This document shows, piece by piece, positions 39,900 to 50,587 of a stretch of DNA of 64,000 nt. The position numbers and the translations under genes were made by a program. Position 1 is the first letter of the stretch. Each line of letters starts with the position of its first letter. The notes under the pieces are model-generated. The model did no database searches. It was not told the origin of the DNA and saw nothing but the letters and a program-made list of their open reading frames with translations. Origin of the DNA: Minisyncoccia bacterium (GTDB lineage: Bacteria > Patescibacteriota > Minisyncoccia > Phycocordibacterales > UBA918); the NCBI GenBank assembly GCA_041750655.1, contig JBGSYZ010000017.1, forward strand, positions 68,142 through 132,141. Direction: 5' to 3'.

Positions 39900-40103
39900 T
39901 CAATCATCGGTGACGAATTTGAGGTTATCGTCAGTGAAACTGATTCCTCCCTCAATATCGAACACGAAACGCGTGGCGCCCTGTGGGGCAGTGCGTTCGT
40001 TGAGAAAGTCACCCTCAATCTGGGTGCGGACAGCCGTCTCGCCATCCAGAGGGTAGTTAGTGCCGCACGAAAGTGCGTCAACCTCAAGATCAATCACTAT
40101 CAT
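39900..40103 (-). CDS. Small acidic ORF (68 aa) antisense within an insertion between atpA and atpG
   Basis: ATG preceded by a perfect SD (taaggagactgaacATG). The overlapping same-strand ORF 39801..40148 is the alternative reading. The element is bounded by a 20-bp perfect palindrome (39777..39796) and a matching half-site at 40095..40105. Confidence 0.3.
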   Translation of the reverse strand: MIVIDLEVDALSCGTNYPLDGETAVRTQIEGDFLNERTAPQGATRFVFDIEGGISFTDDNLKFVTDD

Positions 40104-40157
40104 GTTCAGTCTCCTTATGCTGTTCAATATAATACACTAAATTATTAAAAAGTCAAT

Positions 40158-41060
40158 ATGGCCCTCAAACAAGTCAAAAACAAAATAATCTCCACCAAAA
40201 AGACTGGTCAAGTGACCAAGGCGATGGAGTCTGTCTCGGCGGTGAAGATGCGTAAGAGCCAGGAGCGTGCCAAAGCTGGCCGGCCGTACGTGCACGCCGC
40301 TTTGCGTATTTTGGCCCAGCTTTCGTCTTCCCAAGAAGCGGCTAACCATCCGTTGGTTGTGAAAAGAACTGAGGGTAGGAAACTGGTAGTGATAGTGACG
40401 AGCGACAAAGGCTTGGCTGGGAGCGTCAACAGTGCGGTCTTAAAGAAAGTTGAGGAAACTTTTGCGAAAGAAAAGGACGTTGATACGATTTGTGTGGGTC
40501 GCAAGGCGGTGGAATTTGCCAAACGTGAGGGTAAGGCCGTGCTAGGTGAGTACACCAACGTATCTGACAATGTGACCATAGAAGACGTGTACGGCATTGT
40601 CAAAATAATCATGGGTGAATTTGAGAGTGGTAAGTACCAGGAAGTCGAAGTGGTCTATCAAAACTTCCTCTCAACCTTCGAACAAGAACCGACTAAGCGC
40701 ACAGTTCTTCCACTCGATCCAGCCGAAATTCATTACATTATGCGGGGTATCAAGCCAAAGGCAGGTAAAGGGAGCGATGACGTCGAGCCAGCAGACACGA
40801 AAGTAGTGTACACCATCGAACCATCAGCCGAGGAAGTACTCTCGTCACTCATTCCGCGCTTGGTGCAAATTATTATTTATCATGCACTATTGGAGAGTAA
40901 GGCCTCTGAACACTCAGCCCGGATGGTCGCCATGAAGAACGCTACCGATAAGAGTAAAGAGGTTATCAAGGCGTTGACCATTAAGTACAACAAAGCCCGT
41001 CAGGCAGCGATTACGGCGGAGGTGTCAGAAATTACCGCCGGAGTAGAAGCTATGAAGTAA
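40158..41060 (+). CDS. atpG: ATP synthase subunit gamma
   Basis: N-terminus MALKQVKNKIISTKKTGQVTKAMESVSAVKMRK and C-terminus ITAEVSEITAGVEAM. Confidence 0.9.
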   Translation: MALKQVKNKIISTKKTGQVTKAMESVSAVKMRKSQERAKAGRPYVHAALRILAQLSSSQEAANHPLVVKRTEGRKLVVIVTSDKGLAGSVNSAVLKKVEETFAKEKDVDTICVGRKAVEFAKREGKAVLGEYTNVSDNVTIEDVYGIVKIIMGEFESGKYQEVEVVYQNFLSTFEQEPTKRTVLPLDPAEIHYIMRGIKPKAGKGSDDVEPADTKVVYTIEPSAEEVLSSLIPRLVQIIIYHALLESKASEHSARMVAMKNATDKSKEVIKALTIKYNKARQAAITAEVSEITAGVEAMK

Positions 41061-41191
41061 AATTTTATGTCATCTACTTTGTTGCACAGCGCAAAATTTA
41101 ATTCACCGTACCACCAAGTACGGCTCATAAAATTTTACTTGCGCGCCGCGTATCTGACACAAACTTTTACTTCATAAAATGAGATTGCAAT

Positions 41192-41458
41192 ATGTCTAAG
41201 TTAACTACAGCCATTTTAATAATTCTTTCACTTCCAAACATACTTTTGTATGCTTGGCTCGTCTCCGGTGAGATATATTTTGGTCTATTTTATTTCGTTT
41301 TATATTTGCCAGTAACTGGAGCAGTTATTTCTTTGCTCGCATTAAAATTTCTTAAACAGTGGCGTTCAGATAGATTTTTAAACAAGATTTTAATGGCTAT
41401 TATTTTGATTAATGTACCAAGTTTGTTGTTTGGTTTGTATATTGCTGCTGGCATGTAG
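41192..41458 (+). CDS. Small 3-TM membrane protein inserted between atpG and atpD
   Basis: 88 aa, hydrophobic, with a KQWRSDR loop. Sits within the operon. Confidence 0.4.
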   Translation: MSKLTTAILIILSLPNILLYAWLVSGEIYFGLFYFVLYLPVTGAVISLLALKFLKQWRSDRFLNKILMAIILINVPSLLFGLYIAAGM

Positions 41459-41539
41459 TACTTAGTCATCAGTCTCTAACGGAGATTGATGACTCGGTGG
41501 TACGAGTAAATTACAAATAACTAACTTACTAATAACTAA

Positions 41540-42958
<1,419 letters not shown>

Positions 42959-42966
42959 TCTAAGTA

Positions 42967-43233
42967 ATGAAAAAGATTGCGATCATACTTGTAACAGTTA
43001 TCGCTATTGTCGGCATGTGCAGGCTTGTGTACGTTTGGTACTTCGGCTCTAATTTTGAAAACCCCCACGCACCATATTGTGATTACACTCCTGGAGGAAT
43101 GTTTGGAGGACTTAAAGAGAGTAGACAAGAGTGTTCCTGTTTTGGGTCTAAAGAAGAAGTGCCCCGTATACCAGATGGTCCAAGAGTGACATTATGTAAA
43201 GGTTTGATTATCGATGTAAGAACACTTGAATAA
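42967..43233 (+). CDS. Small membrane-anchored Cys-rich protein inserted between atpD and atpC
   Basis: 88 aa with an N-terminal TM and six Cys (MCRL, YCDY, ECSCFG, LCKG). Confidence 0.4.
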   Translation: MKKIAIILVTVIAIVGMCRLVYVWYFGSNFENPHAPYCDYTPGGMFGGLKESRQECSCFGSKEEVPRIPDGPRVTLCKGLIIDVRTLE

Positions 43234-43245
43234 GATAAATTAAGT

Positions 43246-43494
43246 ATGGCGGAAAAATTATTAAAACTAACAGTATCAAAAGTAGATGCACCCGTTTTTG
43301 ATGGGGAAGTTATTTCGGTGCACGTACCGGGCGTAGATGGGGAGATGGAGATTCTTGCTTATCACCAGGCACTCATTTCGCCCTTGAAAGCCGGTACGCT
43401 TACCATCAAAAAAGTCGATGGTAGTAAGGAGGAACATGAAATAGAATCTGGAACGCTCGAAATTAGCCATAACCACGCGACGATTTTGATTTAG
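43246..43494 (+). CDS. atpC: ATP synthase subunit epsilon (N-terminal beta-sandwich only)
   Basis: 82 aa. The VDAPVFDGEVISVHVPGVDGEMEILAYHQALISPLKAG pattern is present. The C-terminal helical hairpin is absent. Confidence 0.8.
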   Translation: MAEKLLKLTVSKVDAPVFDGEVISVHVPGVDGEMEILAYHQALISPLKAGTLTIKKVDGSKEEHEIESGTLEISHNHATILI

Positions 43495-43503
43495 ACTGTG
43501 CAC

Positions 43504-43533
43504 AAAGCGGCGGCCCGAAGGGCCGCCGCTTTT
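43504..43533 (+). terminator. Strong rho-independent terminator ending the atp operon
   Basis: aaagcggcggccc-gaag-ggccgccgctttt. Confidence 0.8.
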
Positions 43534-43549
43534 GCTATAGTTATTCTAT

Positions 43550-44047
43550 ATGGAACAAATAATCTTTGATTTGGCAGTAGTTTTTCAAGCGAGCGCTATT
43601 GCTTTAGGAGTTGGTTCGTCAACATTGGCCATTACAAATTTTTTAGTGGCTATTTTTGATGGAAAAATTGATGAAGGAGAACGAAGAATAATGGGAGTAA
43701 CGTATCACATGTTGCGTTTTGCTATGTACGGTATAGCTGTGTCTACAGCATTGATTTATTGGTTTGATCCAAATTTTATGGGGCCAATCAATGCGTATAT
43801 GGCTCTGTTAGTGGTTGTGTTATTTGCTAACGCATACTTAATGACCAAACATATAATGCCAAGTAAAGTCGGGCCGGCGCTTCAGGCGGCCACTTGGTAC
43901 ACACTTGGTTTTTTGATGAGCCTCTTTGTTTTTAAATTAATGAACATCACCCCAACCACATTTTTGATTTTGTACGCTGCTGATATAGCAGTGGCTTTGA
44001 TAGTGGTCAATGGGTATTTAAAATTTTTACAGAGCAAGAAACAATAG
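43550..44047 (+). CDS. Hypothetical 4-TM membrane protein
   Basis: 165 aa with four hydrophobic helices. Confidence 0.45.
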   Translation: MEQIIFDLAVVFQASAIALGVGSSTLAITNFLVAIFDGKIDEGERRIMGVTYHMLRFAMYGIAVSTALIYWFDPNFMGPINAYMALLVVVLFANAYLMTKHIMPSKVGPALQAATWYTLGFLMSLFVFKLMNITPTTFLILYAADIAVALIVVNGYLKFLQSKKQ

Positions 44048-44225
44048 TATGCACAAATTTATAATCCTGTTTGTAGCACTGACACTTATTGCCGCTCTGT
44101 TCATCTTAGTCACCAAAAGTCGTGAAAGTGTACAATTTGTAGAGCCAACCGTAAATCAAAATTTATAAACATTTTTCGTTTCGTTCTTCAAGTTTAAACA
44201 ACGTTTCGTTGTATAATCATTACAA

Positions 44226-46562
44226 ATGAGTGAAGTTATTTCAAAGTTCTTACGCGCCGCTGATTATTTATCAGCCGCCCAAATTTATTTGCAAGGCAAC
44301 TATCTATTAGAGGAGCCGCTTAAGCCTGAGCACATTAAAGCTCGTTTGCTCGGCCACTGGGGGACTTGCCCTGGTATCAATTTCGTCTACGCTCACATGA
44401 ATCGGGCTATTATCGCGCACCAATTTGATGCGCTTTTTGTGCTTGGTCCTGGTCATGGCTTTCCGGCTATTCAAGCTAATCTTTTCCTCGAAGGTACGTT
44501 TTCCAAATACTATCCAGAAGTACCACGCAACGCTGAGGGGATGGCATACATGATGAAGCAGTTTAGCTGGCCGTATGGTTTTCCAAGTCACAGCAACCCG
44601 ACCGCGCCAGGGGTTATCTTGGAAGGTGGTGAGCTTGGATATTCACTCTCGACCGCCTATGGTGCGATTTTAGATAATCCCAACCTCATTATTCCGTGTT
44701 TGGTCGGTGATGGTGAAGCTGAGACCGGACCAACAGCGACTGCGTGGCACTTGAATAAACTCATCGACCCAGGCACCAACGGAGCGGTGTTGCCGATTCT
44801 TCATCTCAATGGCTACAAGATTTCTGGCCCAACTTTCTTTGGTCGCATGAGTGACCAAGAACTCACTGATCTTTTCCGTGGGTATGGGTATGAACCACAT
44901 ATCGTTGATGCGTATGTAGAAGAAGACATTCATGGTCGGATGATGACGGTACTCGATGACGCAATTGAATCTATTCGCTTTACTCAACACTGCGCCCGAG
45001 AAATGACCCTTCATGAAAATCCTCGTTTTCCAATGATTATTCTTCGAACTCCAAAAGGTTGGGGTGGTGTTAAAGAGCTTGATGGTAAAAAATTGGAAGG
45101 AAATAATTTCTCTCACCAAGTCATAGCTGAACTAGCCAAAACCAATCCGGAACACCTCGCCGCCTTAGAAAATTGGTTGCGTTCATACAAATTTGAAGAA
45201 TTATTTGATGGCGAAAAGTTTGATGATGATATCGAATCACTTATCCCAAATCCAGAACATCGCATGGGAGACAGCAAGCATGCGCATGGTGCGCAGTACA
45301 AACCGCTTTCGTTACCAGAGCCAAAAGACTATGCCTGTACCAAGACCTGCCGTGCCGATGGTGGTTGTGGTGATCTGTCGAGCATGGAAACCATTGGTAA
45401 CTACACTCGCGACACCATGAAGCAAAACATGGACAATAAAAACTTTCGTCTCATGTCGCCGGATGAAACTTATTCCAACAAACTCCAAGCTATCTTTGAA
45501 GTAACCTCTCGAGCTTTTGTGTGGCCACATCAAGATTGGGATAAAGATATGTCCTGGGATGGACGCGTAATGGAAATGTTGTCTGAGCACAGTTTGCAAG
45601 GTTTAATGCAAGGGTACGTGCTGACTGGTCGCCACGCTATTTTTGCTTCGTATGAAGCGTTTGTGCAGATTGTCGGTTCAATGGCTGACCAGTATGCCAA
45701 GTTCCTCGGTAAAGCCCGAGAAGTAGAGTGGCGCGGTGATGTACCTAGTCTCAACTACATCCTTACTTCTTCTGGCTGGCGTCAGGAGCATAACGGTTTC
45801 TCACACCAGAATCCTGGTTTTATTGACGAAATGTTGCAAAGACAAGGTTGTTTTGTGAATGTTTATTTCCCTCCAGATGCCAACTCTTCAGTTGCGGTTA
45901 TCAATCGGTGTCTGGCTTCTACTAATGAAATGAACGTGATTGTCGTTGGTAAGCGACCAATGCCGTGTTGGCGCACACTCGAGGAAGCTGAGCGAGACAT
46001 CACCGAGGGATTGATGATTTGGGATTTTGCAAGTGAAGATGATCCACACATGGTCTTTTCAGCGGTCGGAGATTACCTCACCAGAGAGACATTAGCGGCT
46101 GTGTCAATTCTGCGTGAAGAGGTCCCCGAGCTCCGTACACGATTTGTAAACATTAGTTCGCTTTCTGCATTGGGTATGGGTCACTCTGGTTGCAGTGTGT
46201 TGGCGCACGATATGAATTACTACTTTACTCCAGACAAACCGGTGCTTATAAACTTCCACGGGTATCCACAAACCATGAAGCAAGTATTGTTCGACTATGG
46301 TTGTGATTCATCTCGTTTTGATATCCGTGGCTACGAGGAACACGGCTCAACCACTACCGCTTTTGATATGCAGGTTCGCAATCGCACTGACCGTTTCCAT
46401 CTAGTGATGGCTGGTATTGAAGCCGCTGAGAGTCAGGGAATCATTAGTAAAGAAAAGCGAGATGAACTCATTACCAAATTTGAAGAAAAGTTGGCACTCC
46501 ACAAGGCGTATATCATTGAATATGGTGATGACCCTAAAGAAATCACTGATTGGGTATGGTAA
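44226..46562 (+). CDS. xfp: Xylulose-5-phosphate/fructose-6-phosphate phosphoketolase
   Basis: 778 aa. N-terminal YLSAAQIYL and GHWGTCPG signature, with the TPP-binding GDGE region. Confidence 0.9.
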   Translation: MSEVISKFLRAADYLSAAQIYLQGNYLLEEPLKPEHIKARLLGHWGTCPGINFVYAHMNRAIIAHQFDALFVLGPGHGFPAIQANLFLEGTFSKYYPEVPRNAEGMAYMMKQFSWPYGFPSHSNPTAPGVILEGGELGYSLSTAYGAILDNPNLIIPCLVGDGEAETGPTATAWHLNKLIDPGTNGAVLPILHLNGYKISGPTFFGRMSDQELTDLFRGYGYEPHIVDAYVEEDIHGRMMTVLDDAIESIRFTQHCAREMTLHENPRFPMIILRTPKGWGGVKELDGKKLEGNNFSHQVIAELAKTNPEHLAALENWLRSYKFEELFDGEKFDDDIESLIPNPEHRMGDSKHAHGAQYKPLSLPEPKDYACTKTCRADGGCGDLSSMETIGNYTRDTMKQNMDNKNFRLMSPDETYSNKLQAIFEVTSRAFVWPHQDWDKDMSWDGRVMEMLSEHSLQGLMQGYVLTGRHAIFASYEAFVQIVGSMADQYAKFLGKAREVEWRGDVPSLNYILTSSGWRQEHNGFSHQNPGFIDEMLQRQGCFVNVYFPPDANSSVAVINRCLASTNEMNVIVVGKRPMPCWRTLEEAERDITEGLMIWDFASEDDPHMVFSAVGDYLTRETLAAVSILREEVPELRTRFVNISSLSALGMGHSGCSVLAHDMNYYFTPDKPVLINFHGYPQTMKQVLFDYGCDSSRFDIRGYEEHGSTTTAFDMQVRNRTDRFHLVMAGIEAAESQGIISKEKRDELITKFEEKLALHKAYIIEYGDDPKEITDWVW

Positions 46563-47716
46563 CGCTGGTCGTTAATCCTGGTTCGTCTTCTAAAAAATAC
46601 GCTTTTTATAGAAACGGACAGAAAGTACTTGTTATTCGCTTTGAAAAAACTGGCGAGGGGTTTGGTCGGTGTGTAAGTGTGAATGGTAAGGAGCAACACT
46701 GCGATACGGTTAGTGTGCATATGTACCGCGAAGCGTTGCACGAAGTTTTAAATATTGCCAAGCAAGAAAAAGTAGTACATTCACTCGCTGAGCTTACTCG
46801 TGTAGCGTTACGGATTGTGGCACCGGGGTCGTACTTCCAAACGCACCGTAAAATTGACGAAAAATTCATTGGTAAGTTGTTGCGAGTAGAATCTATACTG
46901 CCGCTACACATTCCACCAGTCTTAGAAGAAATAACTTCAGTCAACAAGTTACTACCAAAAGCTCTGTTGGTTGGGGTTTCTGACAGTGCGTTTCATAGCA
47001 CCATACCAAGTGTGCATGCCAAATATAGTTTGCGTGATGCTGAGAGTCTCGAAGTGCGACGCTATGGCTATCATGGCTTATCGGTGGCTTCTATTATCGG
47101 CAAACTACCAGGAGTTTTAGGAAATGTGCCTGAGAAAACAGTGGTGGCTCATATCGGCAGCGGAGTAAGTGTTACTGCCCTTAAAGAGGGTAAAAGTATA
47201 TATAACTCTATGGGCTACACACCAGCTAGTGGCGTTATGATGGGATCGCGAGCGGGGGATATGGATCCAGGGGCTCTCATCGAGGTGCTTAATAAAACCG
47301 AGACAAAACTATCTGGCGGTCATCGCTATATACAGAGCAATGGCGGTTTTGCTGGTTTGCTTGGTGTTTCAGATTTGCGCACAGTGCTGGCTCGAGAACA
47401 ACAAGGGGACCTGGCAGCGATTGAGGCTATGGCAATATTTATCTTTAATATCCAAAGTCAGATAGCGATAGCCGCTGCAGCACTTGGTGGTGTTGATGCT
47501 TTAATCCTGTCCGCTACAGCCATGGAACGAAACCCAGATTTACGCAAAAAAGTTGTAGCTGGTCTAGAGTTCTTAGGAATCAACTTAGATGAAAAGTGTA
47601 ACGAATCGTTAATGAATAGAGCGGGAATTATTTCAGCCAAAGACAGTCGTGTCGCACTAGCTTTAGTGCCGACCGATGAAATGGGGGAGATGGCCAGGGT
47701 AAGTGAAGGTATTTAA
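46550..47716 (+). CDS. ackA: Acetate kinase
   Basis: LVVNPGSSSKKY, SDSAFHSTIP, RRYGYHGLS, GSGVSVTAL, MGYTPASGVMMGSRAGDMDP and VPTDEM motifs. Overlaps the xfp stop. Confidence 0.85.
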   Translation: MGMVTLVVNPGSSSKKYAFYRNGQKVLVIRFEKTGEGFGRCVSVNGKEQHCDTVSVHMYREALHEVLNIAKQEKVVHSLAELTRVALRIVAPGSYFQTHRKIDEKFIGKLLRVESILPLHIPPVLEEITSVNKLLPKALLVGVSDSAFHSTIPSVHAKYSLRDAESLEVRRYGYHGLSVASIIGKLPGVLGNVPEKTVVAHIGSGVSVTALKEGKSIYNSMGYTPASGVMMGSRAGDMDPGALIEVLNKTETKLSGGHRYIQSNGGFAGLLGVSDLRTVLAREQQGDLAAIEAMAIFIFNIQSQIAIAAAALGGVDALILSATAMERNPDLRKKVVAGLEFLGINLDEKCNESLMNRAGIISAKDSRVALALVPTDEMGEMARVSEGI

Positions 47717-47728
47717 ATCATTTAACAA

Positions 47729-48409
47729 TTAATAGGTGTCTTCGATTGGTACCTCACAGGTTAGACCACACGCTTCGGGCGGCGGTGTGCCGCGCTCGGG
47801 GCAGGTACCGGTATAGATACACGCTTCGTCGGTCACGTCATTCTCGTATTCTGAAATGTTTGGCGAATTTTTGTCTCCGTAATACAGAAGCACTCGATCC
47901 GCTTCTTGATTAATGTAATCAGCAATAGGTGAGAATTTTTCACCATTTACATACAAGGTTAATTCTTTAGTTTCATTGGCACAGTATTCTTCACCAGTGT
48001 CTAGTGTTAAACAATCATTATTGATTTTAAATCCAATCGAACGCAGTAGGTCACCGAGAGTTAAACCCTCCGCATGGCGATGAATGATGTTACCTTGATT
48101 ATCGTGAAGATGAAGGTTGGCCAGTTTTACGTCATTAGCTGTAGACTGGTATTTGTCTTGAGTTAAATCAACCTTTTTTCCATCCACCATTATTAAGAAA
48201 TCTGAGTGTACGTGAACTTCTCCTATGTGTTCATGGTCGTCGTGGTCGTGCGTTTCTGGGGTGGTAACCATAAAAAATATGCGCATAGCAATTGCGCCCA
48301 CAATAACACCTAAAATCAAAGCTTTCTTATTCATAGTTTTGGCAGTATACCACCAAATAATCAAATTTATGTATTGAATCTCTTGAAAAAATCTGTACAA
48401 TGTCCCCAC
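47729..48409 (-). CDS. Secreted/anchored hypothetical protein with His/Asp-rich segment and C-terminal Cys pairs
   Basis: Signal anchor, then TPETHDHDDHEHIGEVHVH and a C-terminal CIYTGTCPERG...CGLTCE. Confidence 0.45.
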   Translation of the reverse strand: MGTLYRFFQEIQYINLIIWWYTAKTMNKKALILGVIVGAIAMRIFFMVTTPETHDHDDHEHIGEVHVHSDFLIMVDGKKVDLTQDKYQSTANDVKLANLHLHDNQGNIIHRHAEGLTLGDLLRSIGFKINNDCLTLDTGEEYCANETKELTLYVNGEKFSPIADYINQEADRVLLYYGDKNSPNISEYENDVTDEACIYTGTCPERGTPPPEACGLTCEVPIEDTY

Positions 48410-48454
48410 GTCTATGACTATTCATAGACACACAAAAAAATACATTCCGGCGTA

Positions 48455-48472
48455 GCTCAGCGGAGTAAAAGT
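48455..48472 (+). repeat. Truncated 5' copy #1 of tRNA-Asn (acceptor 5' strand + D-stem) with conserved upstream aaatacat
   Basis: tccggcgtagctcagcgg, identical to the first 18 nt of the intact tRNA at 48817. Confidence 0.8.
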
Positions 48473-48633
48473 AAACAGTTTTACTTTTAATCTGGTCACG
48501 AGCGATAGTCGAGTGATTGGCCGATGTTTGGTCGCAAATAAGGTCAAAAGTGGGAGAGTGTACTCTACCGCTAAATGTGTTGATATATTTAACATAAACT
48601 GCGAATAGAGGTCACATTACAATAAAATACATT

Positions 48634-48656
48634 CCGGCGTAGCTCAGCGGTAGAGT
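48634..48656 (+). repeat. Truncated 5' copy #2 of tRNA-Asn (23 nt)
   Basis: tccggcgtagctcagcggtagag. The three 5' copies are spaced about 180 bp apart. Confidence 0.8.
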
Positions 48657-48816
48657 GAGAAAGTCTTAAGACACTTTCGCAAGACTTTGACTACTATTTT
48701 TACGAAAAGAAAAATAGTGACAAAGTGGACAGCTTCTGTAAGAAGGTTGACGTAGGCAACTGCGTAAACTACAGATTAGTCCGAAATTCTATTGATGACT
48801 ATTTTTGGAAATACAT

Positions 48817-48888
48817 TCCGGCGTAGCTCAGCGGTAGAGCAGTTGACTGTTAATCAATTGGTCGTAGGTTCGAATCCTACCGCCGGAG
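48817..48888 (+). tRNA. tRNA-Asn (anticodon GTT)
   Basis: Cloverleaf: acceptor TCCGGCG/CGCCGGA, D-arm GCTC-AGCGGTA-GAGC, anticodon arm GTTGA-CTGTTAA-TCAAT and T-arm GTAGG-TTCGAAT-CCTAC, with discriminator G. CCA is not encoded. Confidence 0.85.
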
Positions 48889-48894
48889 CATCCA

Positions 48895-48923
48895 ACAAAA
48901 AAGACCCGAAAGGGTCTTTTTTG
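48895..48923 (+). terminator. Terminator after tRNA-Asn
   Basis: aaaaaagaccc-gaaa-gggtcttttttg. Confidence 0.75.
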
Positions 48924-49040
48924 TTGTCGATGCTCCGAGCGAGAAAGGTGTGGGACACCTTTCGGGTAGGATTCGAAGACCTTGCTTAGTATTTTTGTAA
49001 AAAATACTGACAAGGTGTACCGTTCATGTAATGAAAGAAA

Positions 49041-49057
49041 CTCCTACCGCCGGAGCA
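49041..49057 (+). repeat. tRNA-Asn 3'-end fragment a (T-stem 3' strand + acceptor 3' strand), att-like
   Basis: ctcctaccgccggagca. Preceded by a hairpin module (48941..49022) homologous to 48657..48733. Confidence 0.7.
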
Positions 49058-49150
49058 CTGAAAATCCTTTTTTTTGGTATTTTTCTAATTTTTGACTTTC
49101 TAGGCACTCTTAGGTACGTTACTAAGAGATGATTCACTTGGGAGAAAACA

Positions 49151-49312
49151 ATGAAAGAGGACACTCCTGCGCAGGACGAAGTTAACTTCCTGAATGCTGA
49201 ATACAAAACGTACATCGAAAGGGAGAAATCGACCTGGCTCTCTGAAAATCGAATCGATTCGAGAGATGTGTACGAAGTAATGAGTCCTGAAGACCAGAAA
49301 AAAGTGCACTGA
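49151..49312 (+). CDS. Cassette small ORF (53 aa)
   Basis: SD gggagaaaacaATG. Followed in the +2 overlap by a 41-aa ORF (49316..49441). Confidence 0.3.
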   Translation: MKEDTPAQDEVNFLNAEYKTYIEREKSTWLSENRIDSRDVYEVMSPEDQKKVH

Positions 49313-49621
49313 CGCATGGAGCAAGCAAACCACCATATATCAAGTCTTGCGGAGGCGTGGTGGAAAGAACGTGGATTTGGAATCGTCTGGCCTGACGATA
49401 ATTCAGAACCAATGAAGGTTTATAAACTAAAAGCAGTCTAATACAAAATGGTGACTGCTGACTAAAGCTTCCTTTCGCAAGATTGGCGGCTTTTCTTTTT
49501 ACTCAACAAAAAAAGTTCGAACATCATCCCATAAGCGGAGCCAGTAAAAATAGCCCACAAACAGTGGTTATTTTTATGCCCCTTCGTGGACATTAGAACC
49601 TTCTCTGACCTCAAGCCAAGG

Positions 49622-49840
49622 TTACTTCTTTTTATGATGTTTGTATTCAACGCTCCACACCAGATTTGGTTTTACTTCCGCTATAGCGGGCAATAGATGG
49701 TTGAGAAGCTGTTCAGCTGTCATCCGAAACTTTTTACCTTTTGCGGAAATCTTGACCCATCCCTCCTCATCACGAAAGTAAGTTTCGGTGAAGTTTTTAG
49801 TCCCCATCGAGATTATGTAGCTGTCATTTGTTAGTTTCAT
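49622..49840 (-). CDS. Cassette small ORF (72 aa)
   Basis: Complete ORF with no recognised family (MKLTNDSYIISMGTKNFTETYFRDEEGWVKISAKGKKFRMTAEQLL). Confidence 0.3.
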   Translation of the reverse strand: MKLTNDSYIISMGTKNFTETYFRDEEGWVKISAKGKKFRMTAEQLLNHLLPAIAEVKPNLVWSVEYKHHKKK

Positions 49841-49919
49841 ATAGGAATATCATATCAAAAGTTAGGTATAAAAATGTTGGGATTATTTTGAAAATAGGTT
49901 CTAACGTCGTTCACTAGGT

Positions 49920-50084
49920 GGAGCATCAGTTTCCAAAACCCCAACACGATTGAGTGTTGGGGTTTTGTGATACTGACTCTGAGGACGGATTCGAAAAGGT
50001 TGACTGATATTTTACGACTGGAAGGAGTAAAAATATCGACAACCTGTACTGAAGCAGTAGGCTTCGAATCCTACCGCCGGAGCA
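49920..50084 (+). repeat. About 165-bp direct repeat copy 1 ending in tRNA-Asn 3' fragment b
   Basis: About 90% identical to 50588..50750. Contains a terminator-like hairpin aaaaccccaacac-gattga-gtgttggggtttt, a GGATTCGAA T-loop-like box, the AT-rich hairpin gatattttac...gtaaaaatatc, and finally gtaggcttcgaatcctaccgccggagca. Confidence 0.8.
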
Positions 50085-50157
50085 CTACTTGACATAGTAA
50101 TATTACTGTGTCAATATCTTGCTTGGACAATCCCGTCCTTTTAGAAGGAGGTGCTGT

Positions 50158-50433
50158 ATGGCAGAAATTGAAGAGTATGTCCTCGACATAGAGGATTTTA
50201 TCAGAACGAGGAAACCAGATGGAACAATCGTTCTGACACACCCCACCTTTTCAGGAACGGTCGAATTCGGCCCGAATGAATCACCAATGTGGCTGTTTCC
50301 GAGATTAAAGGAATTCTCGGAAAACAATGGTGTTCTTCTAAGCCCCAAGCTGGCACGACTGGCTAAGGGAGTGGAAGACGACCTAAGTGGGAACGCTTGG
50401 GACTACGACGAGTCTGAGGACGACCTCTACTAG
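50158..50433 (+). CDS. Cassette small acidic protein (91 aa)
   Basis: Strong SD gaaggaggtgctgtATG (MAEIEEYVLD...) and a rho-independent terminator at 50464..50493 (aaccccgccc-gaatga-ggcggggtttttt). Confidence 0.5.
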   Translation: MAEIEEYVLDIEDFIRTRKPDGTIVLTHPTFSGTVEFGPNESPMWLFPRLKEFSENNGVLLSPKLARLAKGVEDDLSGNAWDYDESEDDLY

Positions 50434-50587
50434 GCACAGGAGCTACCAATGTCTATAAGACCATAACCCCGCCCGAATGAGGCGGGGTTTTTTGTTATGC
50501 AAGATCCAGAGAAGAGAAAGATGATATGAAGTGTAATTCTTTCTCTATACTCTGCCAGTTCAATGTTAGAAACTCGTCCAGCACGCG

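Noticed and set aside
39801-40148. 115-aa same-strand ORF between atpA and atpG
   Set aside because: Kept only as an alternative. The opposite-strand 68-aa ORF has a far better SD and the region is bounded by palindromic sites. The two cannot be resolved without expression data.
48455-48656. 5' tRNA fragments as split-tRNA half genes (Nanoarchaeum-style)
   Set aside because: The fragments end within the D-arm. Nowhere in the locus is there an anticodon-arm-containing 3' half or the complementary leader/trailer pairing that split tRNAs require.
49990-50084. tmRNA or tRNA-like gene suggested by GGATTCGAA and the CCTACCGCCGGAGCA ending in the 165-bp repeats
   Set aside because: No matching 5' acceptor strand, no resume-codon/tag ORF and no D-arm are present. 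It is better explained as an att-site arm plus a tRNA-Asn 3' core.
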